DNA of 13,389 nucleotides from Candidatus Wallbacteria bacterium (GTDB lineage Bacteria; Muiribacteriota; JAQTZZ01): NCBI GenBank assembly GCA_028711905.1, contig JAQTRI010000054.1, positions 1 to 13,389 of the forward strand, read 5' to 3'. Shown piece by piece: positions 7,026 to 13,389 of this stretch (position 1 is its first letter; each line of letters starts with the position of its first letter). The notes under the pieces were generated by a model. It saw only the letters and a program-made list of their open reading frames with translations, ran no database searches and was not told where the DNA came from. The position numbers and the translations under genes were made by a program.

Positions 7026-8288
7026 ATGCTTGAGCACTTGAAGCAAACCGATCCTGAAGTGTTTTCCACGATCCAAAAAGAGATCAACCGTGAGGAGTTC
7101 GGACTGGAACTCATCGCATCGGAGAATTTCGTTTCCCATTCCGTGATGGAAGCCCAGGGCTGCCTGATGACCAATAAATACGCTGAAGGCTATCCTGCCA
7201 AGCGCTATTATGGCGGGTGCGAATTTGTTGACCAGGTCGAAGATCTGGCGCGTGAGAGGGCGAAAAAACTGTTCGGCTGCCAGTTCGTCAATGTGCAGCC
7301 GCACTCCGGCTCCCAGGCCAACATGGCCGTATATTTCGCCAATCTTAAGCCGGAGGATAAGGTGTTCGGCATGAACCTGTCTCACGGCGGGCATCTGACG
7401 CACGGGTCCCCCGTGAATTTTTCGGGTATCTTCTTCAATATCATACCTTATGGAGTCAACAAGGAAACCGAGCGGATCGATTACGAAGAAATGGCTCGAA
7501 TGGCTGAGGAACATCATCCGAAGATGATTGTGGTCGGCGCTTCGGCCTATCCCCGCATCATCGATTTTTCCAGGATCCAGGAGATCGCCGCATCAGTCGG
7601 TGCTGTCACCATGGCTGATATCGCCCATATCGCCGGGCTGGTTGCAGTGGGTCTGCACCCGACTCCGGTCGGGATCATCGATTACACCACAACAACCACG
7701 CACAAAACCCTGCGCGGCCCTAGGGGCGGCATGATTATGTGCAACACTGAGGAAAACTCCGATAAGATCAACAAGATCATTTTTCCCGGCATCCAGGGCG
7801 GGCCTCTGATGCATGTGATTGCTGCCAAGGCCGTGGCTTTTGGCGAGGCTCTGCAGCCGGAGTTCAAGACATATCAGCAGAAGGTTTTGAAAAACGCTGC
7901 GTGCTTAGCGGAGGAATTGACAGCCAGAAAGTTCAAGCTTGTGTCCGGCGGCACTGATAACCATCTGATGCTGATCAATGTGCTGGACAGTCGCGGTCTG
8001 ACAGGCAAAAAAGCTGAAAAAACTCTGGAAGCCGCAGGAATTACCGTTAACAAGAACACCATCCCGTTTGACACCAAGAGCCCGTTTGTCACCAGCGGCA
8101 TCAGGATCGGCACGCCTGCCATGACCACCAGAGGAATGGGCGAGCCTGAAATGAAGAAGATCGCCGGGTTCATTGACAGAGCTCTTTCCGCGCATGAGGA
8201 TGAACAGCAGCTTTTGAAAATCAAGGATGAAGTTAAGGAACTGGCGGTTGCATTCCCGCTGTATCCGGAAATGGCTTCTCTCCGGTAG
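7026..8288 (+). CDS. glyA: Serine hydroxymethyltransferase, 420 aa.
   Basis: Full-length SHMT signature. The N-terminus reads [49 protein letters not shown]. The PLP-lysine region is [16 protein letters not shown]. Length and strong SD are typical for glyA. Confidence 0.97.
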   Translation: MLEHLKQTDPEVFSTIQKEINREEFGLELIASENFVSHSVMEAQGCLMTNKYAEGYPAKRYYGGCEFVDQVEDLARERAKKLFGCQFVNVQPHSGSQANMAVYFANLKPEDKVFGMNLSHGGHLTHGSPVNFSGIFFNIIPYGVNKETERIDYEEMARMAEEHHPKMIVVGASAYPRIIDFSRIQEIAASVGAVTMADIAHIAGLVAVGLHPTPVGIIDYTTTTTHKTLRGPRGGMIMCNTEENSDKINKIIFPGIQGGPLMHVIAAKAVAFGEALQPEFKTYQQKVLKNAACLAEELTARKFKLVSGGTDNHLMLINVLDSRGLTGKKAEKTLEAAGITVNKNTIPFDTKSPFVTSGIRIGTPAMTTRGMGEPEMKKIAGFIDRALSAHEDEQQLLKIKDEVKELAVAFPLYPEMASLR

Positions 8289-8301
8289 AAAAGGCGCACA
8301 C

Positions 8302-9141
8302 ATGTTAAAAAAGGCAGAAATCATCGAAAGCATCAAGGCTTTCCCCCCTATTTCTTCAGCAGCCGTTGAACTGCTTCCTTTGCTGCAGGAAGAAAATGTC
8401 AATATCGTCAAGGTGATTCAGACTATCGAGTGCGATCCCGCCCTGACTTCCAACCTGCTGAAAACCGTCAATTCCGCTGCTTACAGTGGGGTGCGGCGCA
8501 TCAGCTCGATCAAGGAAGCGGTCATTCGGCTGGGCACCAAGAATATCGGGCAGATGGTCATGGTGCTGTCAGCTGATCAGTGTCACCAGGCTTCAGCCAG
8601 AGCATACGACTGCACACCGGAAGTTCTGTGGGAACACTCCCTGGCAGTGGCTATGGGGTGTGAGGAAACAGCCAAGTCCTTGAATCTGAACAAGCCTCAC
8701 TACCTGTTCACAGCGGGTTTGCTGCACGACCTGGGGAAACTGGTGCTTTCCACTTTCGCTGATGTTGATGTATCCATGGTGCAGGACTTAGCCATGATCC
8801 AGGGCAAGGGACTGGACGAGGCTGAGCAGGAGATTCATGGCGTGGATCACAGCGAACTGGGAGCTGCATTGCTTGAAAAATGGAATTTTCCGCCTGAGAT
8901 CTGCGGAATGGTCAGGTTTCATCACCAGCCCCAGAAAACGCCGGACAACAATGTTTTCACACACCTGCTTAAAACCATGGATGCCCTGTTTTCGCCTGAA
9001 AGTATGCAGGGCGGATTATTCAAGCTCCCTTACGACTCCGTTACCAGGATCGGCCTGACCGCCGACATTGTGGACAAAATCCGCACGGGTGTCACCGGGA
9101 GTCTTGAACAGAAGAAGAAGCTGTTCAGCGGAAAGCATTGA
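8302..9141 (+). CDS. Stand-alone HDOD-domain (HD-related output domain) signalling protein, 279 aa.
   Basis: The HDOD pattern is present: LP.LP..aaveLLpLL.......k.vIq.Ie.DPALTsNLLktvNSAAYsgvrrIsSIkeAVirLG...GLLHDLGKLVL...H..lGaaLLekWnFP. The ATG at 8302 has an AGAAAAGG SD and lies 13 nt after the glyA stop. The longer ORF-track start at 8227 would overlap glyA by 62 nt. Confidence 0.8.
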   Translation: MLKKAEIIESIKAFPPISSAAVELLPLLQEENVNIVKVIQTIECDPALTSNLLKTVNSAAYSGVRRISSIKEAVIRLGTKNIGQMVMVLSADQCHQASARAYDCTPEVLWEHSLAVAMGCEETAKSLNLNKPHYLFTAGLLHDLGKLVLSTFADVDVSMVQDLAMIQGKGLDEAEQEIHGVDHSELGAALLEKWNFPPEICGMVRFHHQPQKTPDNNVFTHLLKTMDALFSPESMQGGLFKLPYDSVTRIGLTADIVDKIRTGVTGSLEQKKKLFSGKH

Positions 9142-9142
9142 C

Positions 9143-9901
9143 ATGAAGGCTTCTGCCGGTTCCGGATGGAAGGTGCGTTTTATCAAGGATCGGCCTCTCA
9201 GCGGGGCGGAAAACATGGCGCGGGACGAATACCTGCTGCAAACCGGCATTATATCCGGCACTGAGACGATCTATCTTCGCACATATTCTTTTGATCCGCC
9301 ATGCCTTTCTTACGGGGTGCTGCAGCGCACGAACCCTGATGAAGAAGATAAGCCATGTCCTGCTGGAGTGGACATGGTGCGCAGGCCAAGCGGAGGCCGG
9401 GCTGTGCTTCACCACCACGACATCACTTACTGTCTTGTCTTCCCTCAGTCAGGGTCGATTTTTTCCGGGTCAGTGAAAGAGAGCTATCTTGCAGTTTCAA
9501 GGATTATCCAGAAAGTGCTTAACAGGCAGGAGCTGCCTGTGGAACTGTCCAGAATTCAGGGCTACGGCAGGCACAGCGGATTCGACTGCTTCAAGTCATC
9601 AACCTGGAGCGAACTGCTGCTTGACGGGCGAAAAATCATGGGACACGCCCAGTTTCGCAGAAAGGGCTGGTGCTTGCAGCACGGGTCGCTGCTGTTAAAA
9701 AAGGACCCTGATCTGCAGCGGGCTATTTTTGGCGATGATGAGGAGTATCCGGAAATCACGGTGGATCGCGAGCGTTTTTCCCTGAATCTGGCCGAATCCA
9801 TAGCGTATGAGGCCGGTGGGAAAATTGAAAGTGATGATTTTCCTGTTTCAGATCAGGTTTATCTGATTCTGCTTGAAAAGTATCTGAAAACAATGTTGTG
9901 A
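9143..9901 (+). CDS. Lipoate-protein ligase / octanoyltransferase family protein (BPL_LplA_LipB catalytic domain only), 252 aa.
   Basis: RRPSGGRAVLHHHDITYCLVFP resembles the LplA/LipM RR.tGGgAV.Hd.gn motif. GRKIMGHAQFRRKGWCLQHGSLLL resembles E. coli LplA GRKVSGSAYR...FHHGTLLL and carries the catalytic lysine. The ATG lies 1 nt after the HDOD stop (TGAcATG), indicating translational coupling. Confidence 0.8.
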   Translation: MKASAGSGWKVRFIKDRPLSGAENMARDEYLLQTGIISGTETIYLRTYSFDPPCLSYGVLQRTNPDEEDKPCPAGVDMVRRPSGGRAVLHHHDITYCLVFPQSGSIFSGSVKESYLAVSRIIQKVLNRQELPVELSRIQGYGRHSGFDCFKSSTWSELLLDGRKIMGHAQFRRKGWCLQHGSLLLKKDPDLQRAIFGDDEEYPEITVDRERFSLNLAESIAYEAGGKIESDDFPVSDQVYLILLEKYLKTML

Positions 9902-9937
9902 CTGAAGCGATATTCACTTGCCGGTTGACAATCCTTG

Positions 9938-9966
9938 TTGCTCCTCCCGGATGTTATTGATAGAAT
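9938..9966 (+). promoter_or_regulatory. Candidate promoter for the DUF4159-like gene. The -35 is TTGCTC (9938-9943), the spacer is 17 bp, and an extended -10 TGaTAGAAT lies at 9958-9966.
   Basis: Read directly. The -35 is weaker than in the other two promoters, and there is no clear SD before the GTG at 9973. Confidence 0.25.
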
Positions 9967-9972
9967 GACAAT

Positions 9973-10626
9973 GTGAACAAGTTGATCACTATTCTCTTCA
10001 TATTGGTGCTGATATTCGACACTCAGGCCGCGATGCTTGAACTGGGGCGGCTCAAATACGGTGGAGGCGGCGACTGGTACAATGATCCAGAGGTGCTGCC
10101 CAATCTTGCCCGTGAGCTTGTGAGGCGCACAGGCATGGATGTATCCGTTACTGAGCGGGTGATCGAGCTCTCGGATCCGGAGCTTTTTTCCTTCCCGTTT
10201 TTATACATGACCGGCCACGGCAATGTCCGTTTCGAGCCGAATGAGGCCGAAAGATTGCGCAAATATCTGGAACGCGGTGGATTCCTGTATGTGGATGACG
10301 ACTATGGCATGGATCAGCATTTCCGCAATGCCCTTGGCCAGGTTTTTCCAGGTTTGGAAATGCTGCCGATTTCTCCTGATCACCTGATTTATCGCATATT
10401 CTATCGCCTGGACGGACCGGGCAAGGTCCATGAACACGATGGAAAGCCTCCGACAGGGTACGGAATTTTCCATAAGGGGCGCATGGTGATTTTCTACACT
10501 CACGAGTCCAACATCAGCGACGGATGGGCTGATCCGGCAACGCACGGCGATCCGGCTGAGGTGAGGGAAACAAGCTTCAGGATGGGAGTCAACATCGTTC
10601 TTTATGCAATCCTCGGCGCGGAATAA
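9973..10626 (+). CDS. Secreted DUF4159-like protein, 217 aa.
   Basis: The signal peptide is MNKLITILFILVLIFDTQA^AM. The motifs YGGGGDWYNDPEVLPNL ... LSDPELFSFPFLYMTGHGNVRFEPNEAERLRKYLERGGFLYVDDDYG ... FRNALGQVFPG..LPISPDHLIYRIFY match my recollection of the DUF4159 (PF13709) family, whose members are often fused or adjacent to BatA-type proteins. The family name is recalled from memory, not searched. Confidence 0.55.
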   Translation: MNKLITILFILVLIFDTQAAMLELGRLKYGGGGDWYNDPEVLPNLARELVRRTGMDVSVTERVIELSDPELFSFPFLYMTGHGNVRFEPNEAERLRKYLERGGFLYVDDDYGMDQHFRNALGQVFPGLEMLPISPDHLIYRIFYRLDGPGKVHEHDGKPPTGYGIFHKGRMVIFYTHESNISDGWADPATHGDPAEVRETSFRMGVNIVLYAILGAE

Positions 10627-10702
10627 TCTTTTAGCAGTCAGGCGTTTTTTCGTTGTATGCGACATTTTATCCGATGCCGCTTCTTTTGCTGCTTTTTCCT
10701 GG

Positions 10703-13318
10703 ATGCTCATGAGCCTGAGGAGATCCGTAACTGAAACAGGCGTTGAATACTGGATCAATTTCATCATTCCATTCGCACTCATCGCGTCTGCGGCATTTCT
10801 GACAGCGCGCATCTTCAGGCGCAGGCCCATCAGAGAAACCGGAATTCTTCTGGAGCACAGGTTCCAGTCAGGAGGAACCTTAGTCAATCTGTTCGATTTC
10901 ATGGAAAAAACCGCTGACAACCCCTACAACTATTCTCCAGTACTGATGGATCTGGAGATGGAACGCGGGGCAACCCTCCTCGCAACTCTTTCGTGGCGCA
11001 GAGCCATCCCTTCCTCAACCATTATCCGCCCGCTGCTCCTGCTTCTGGCAGCCGGTATGTTCCATTTTTTTTCGGTCTTTGGCGGCACAGCAGAGCTTGA
11101 TTACTCGGTACGACCTGGTGACGCGACAGTGATCAGAGGTCAGGAGGTGATTCTGGAGCTGTCTTGCGCAACAGGACATTCCAGGGAAGTGGTTTTGGTG
11201 CTTAGCGATTCCAGGGAAAGAAGCGAGATCCGAATCAGTGGGAATACGACCTGGAAACATATTCTGACAGCAGAACGCGATTTTGAGTACAGTTTCTCGT
11301 ATCCCGGTGGCAGCAGTCGTGTTTACAGGATCAGCACCCGCCTGCCTCTAACCGTTGAAGAGATCCGCAAATCCGTCCATTATCCGCTTTATTCAGGACG
11401 CGCTGCAGATACATTTATCTTTCCTGATCTGACCACCATGGTTCCTGAAGGCGGGGGAGTTGAATTCGATATCCTGCTGTCATCGCCTGTTCTCAAGGCG
11501 CGGATTTCCTGCTGCGGAGTGGAGCGCGAGTTTCAGTCCACCAGCAGACTGTCAGCGCTGTTTTACCCTGAGGAATCCGGCGAGGTTTCGCTTCAGGCGG
11601 ATGACGGTTTCAGCACATTGACTTTGACCGGAGAGATATTGCTCATTCCAGACGAGCCGCCGGTGATCGACATTTATCTTCCAACTGAGGGTATGACCAT
11701 GATTGCCGGAGAAAACCTGCAGATCAAAGCCAATGTTACAGATGATTACGCTGTGAGATCAGTGCACTTGAAGCTTTCATCCACCGGATTCTCACAGGAG
11801 GAAAAGGCTGCTGCCGGCGCAAACGCTTTTTTTCTGGATCGTTCACTGCAGCTTCCTGATCAGCTTTTTAGTCAGGGAGGAGTGCTGAGCTTAGTGGTTC
11901 AAGCCTTTGACGGGCATCCGTCAGGCCGTTTTTCGACAAAAGAAGTGCGGGTTTTTTTAGCCGGAAGGGGTGAAAATCTTGCGGCTCTGAGTTCCCTGGA
12001 AGTGGATCTGCTCCATGAGGCCGGTGAACTGAGGCAGAAAATCGGCAGTCTGGCAGGGGAGCTGACCAGGCTCGATCAGACAGTGCCGGCTGACGAAGAG
12101 ACTGAGGATGAAATCCGTGACATAGCCCGCGATCTTGGCCGCAGATTGGAAGAATTGCGGCAGCAGGCCCGTCGCTTTCTCAATCGCATGGAGCAGGAAA
12201 CAGAGAAATCCCGCAAGCTGATGGAAACCGGGGAAGAGATTCGCGAAAAAAGCCGGCAGGTGCGGGAGCTAATGGAAGAACTCTTAGGCAACCGGTTTGA
12301 TCGGATGAAAGAACAGCTGGAACAGCTGGAAAAATCCGGAAACATGAGGAATGTCGCTGATCCGATGGAAGCAGGAAACATACTCAGACGGCTGGATGAA
12401 ACCCTCAACATGCTGATGCGGCTCAAGCAGGAGAAAAATCTCTCGGTGCTGAGCGAAATGGCTCGCGAAGCGGTCAGGCTGGGAGAGTCGGGCAACTGGA
12501 CTGCAGAGGCGAAACTTCTTGATGAAATGCAGTCGATCATGAAAGACCCTCAAGGCTTTCCTGATGAGTTCCGTGACCTGGTACAGAAGCTGTCTGAAGA
12601 GTTAAAGACAAACAGGGAGTGCAACGCCACTGATGCGGAAAAGCAGCAGTTATGCAGGGAATCCATCGAACGATTTCTCAAGGATATGGAGCAGAAGCAG
12701 AAAATGGCTGCTGAAAAACGCAAGAACAAGCTGATGTCCGGCACGAAGAAGATGATTCAGGAAACCGCGCTTTTCTGGTATGAAACCTCAATCATGAAAA
12801 ATTACGGCGAATTCAACCGCAGGATTGTGCCTTACAGCGGCTGGTTGTCCGAAATTTCGCAGGGTCTCGCGGAACTGGCGCAGGAGAGTTTCATGTTTCC
12901 TCAGACGATTTTCATCGGTATGCTCGAGATCGAGAGTTCTTTTAAGCGAATCGTGTCTTCGGCCAATGATCCTGTTTTCAGGTACCAGACCAAAAAAATA
13001 AACAGATCGCTGCTGCTGATCATCGAGGAGCTTCTGAAATTCATGCAGCATCTTCGCCAGTCGCAGCAGTCTTCTATGCTGGACGAACTCATGCAGATGC
13101 TGGACCAGATCATCAAGAATCAGCAGCAGGCTATGGATATGATGCAGCAGCTGGCTGAAGGCAGTCCTGAGTTCGAAGATGCTCTCAGGGAGATCTTGCA
13201 GCGACAGACATCGATCCGGGCCGCTTTCTCTGAGATGAACGGCGGAATGTTTTCTCAGGAAGTAATGCGCAAGATGGAAAAGATCAATGAAGAGCTGCTG
13301 GAACTGGAACGGAAATAG
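10703..13318 (+). CDS. Large membrane-anchored coiled-coil protein, 871 aa. It has two N-terminal TM helices. The C-terminal approximately 430 aa are E/K/R/Q/L/M-rich coiled coil. No catalytic motif is recognised.
   Basis: TM1 is YWINFIIPFALIASAAFLTARIF followed by RRRP. TM2 is IIRPLLLLLAAGMFHFFSVFGG. A beta-rich middle region follows, and from approximately residue 440 there is a long heptad-like charged region. I chose the ATG at 10703 rather than the in-frame ATG at 10604, because 10604 would overlap the previous gene by 23 nt and the 10627-10702 stretch is T-rich with atypical codons (TTA, GTA, ATT). The stop is TAG at 13316-13318. Confidence 0.75.
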   Translation: MLMSLRRSVTETGVEYWINFIIPFALIASAAFLTARIFRRRPIRETGILLEHRFQSGGTLVNLFDFMEKTADNPYNYSPVLMDLEMERGATLLATLSWRRAIPSSTIIRPLLLLLAAGMFHFFSVFGGTAELDYSVRPGDATVIRGQEVILELSCATGHSREVVLVLSDSRERSEIRISGNTTWKHILTAERDFEYSFSYPGGSSRVYRISTRLPLTVEEIRKSVHYPLYSGRAADTFIFPDLTTMVPEGGGVEFDILLSSPVLKARISCCGVEREFQSTSRLSALFYPEESGEVSLQADDGFSTLTLTGEILLIPDEPPVIDIYLPTEGMTMIAGENLQIKANVTDDYAVRSVHLKLSSTGFSQEEKAAAGANAFFLDRSLQLPDQLFSQGGVLSLVVQAFDGHPSGRFSTKEVRVFLAGRGENLAALSSLEVDLLHEAGELRQKIGSLAGELTRLDQTVPADEETEDEIRDIARDLGRRLEELRQQARRFLNRMEQETEKSRKLMETGEEIREKSRQVRELMEELLGNRFDRMKEQLEQLEKSGNMRNVADPMEAGNILRRLDETLNMLMRLKQEKNLSVLSEMAREAVRLGESGNWTAEAKLLDEMQSIMKDPQGFPDEFRDLVQKLSEELKTNRECNATDAEKQQLCRESIERFLKDMEQKQKMAAEKRKNKLMSGTKKMIQETALFWYETSIMKNYGEFNRRIVPYSGWLSEISQGLAELAQESFMFPQTIFIGMLEIESSFKRIVSSANDPVFRYQTKKINRSLLLIIEELLKFMQHLRQSQQSSMLDELMQMLDQIIKNQQQAMDMMQQLAEGSPEFEDALREILQRQTSIRAAFSEMNGGMFSQEVMRKMEKINEELLELERK

Positions 13319-13366
13319 AAGGACAAGGCCGGGAAAAATGAGATCGTCTAGCGCCAGGAAGAGGCG

Positions 13367-13389
13367 ATGAATAAGATGCTGGAGCTGGA
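13367..13389 (+). CDS. Start of a further gene (MNKMLELE...), 3' partial at the window edge.
   Basis: An AGGAAGAGG SD at 13356-13364 lies 2 nt before the ATG at 13367. Only 7 codons are visible, so no function can be assigned. Confidence 0.3.

Noticed and set aside
8227-8301. Longer N-terminal extensions of the HDOD gene (start 8227) and the lipoate-ligase gene (start 9068) shown in the ORF track.
   Set aside because: Both extensions overlap the preceding genes by 60-75 nt in another frame. The internal ATGs at 8302 (with SD) and 9143 (TGAcATG coupling) give proteins of normal length for their families.
10604-10702. ATG at 10604 as the start of the large coiled-coil membrane protein.
   Set aside because: It would overlap the DUF4159-like gene by 23 nt. 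The 10627-10702 stretch is T-rich with rare codons (TTA x2, GTA, ATT), unlike the flanking coding sequence. The ATG at 10703 places the first TM helix at a typical position. The 10604 start is not excluded.

Overview
All well-supported genes in this 13.4-kb window are on the + strand, and no rRNA, tRNA or CRISPR is visible. The genes fall into five tightly packed blocks. Block 1 (1-2646) is the 3' part of a NitT/TauT-like ABC transporter ATPase. It overlaps by 8 nt (ATGCCTGA) with a 593-aa classical-clade AAA+ ATPase whose N-terminal half looks like a degenerate (pseudo) AAA domain. Block 2 (2647-3040) is a 394-bp spacer. It holds a 65-aa DnaA-C-like HTH fragment that may be a transposase remnant, three tandem 18-19-bp C-rich dyad repeats, and a near-perfect sigma70 promoter (TTGACA, 17 bp, TAATAT). 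Block 3 (3041-6865) is an unusual three-gene operon. It encodes an SPFH/Band-7 membrane protein, then a 58-aa Arc/Mnt-type ribbon-helix-helix repressor that is absent from the ORF track, then an 892-aa Sec-signal ankyrin-repeat protein. Block 4 (6971-9901) runs glyA (serine hydroxymethyltransferase), a stand-alone HDOD protein and a short lipoate-protein ligase-family protein behind a consensus promoter (TTGAAC, 17 bp, TATAAT). Block 5 (9973-13389) encodes a secreted DUF4159-like protein, an 871-aa protein with two N-terminal TM helices and a long coiled-coil C-terminus, and the first 23 nt of a further gene. The strong Shine-Dalgarno sites and -35/-10 promoters argue against a Bacteroidetes-type expression system, but I cannot assign the taxon. 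The most unusual content is the SPFH-RHH-ankyrin operon with the repeat array and HTH fragment upstream of it. The ABC/tandem-AAA pair and the DUF4159/giant coiled-coil membrane pair are secondary candidates for an undescribed functional module.
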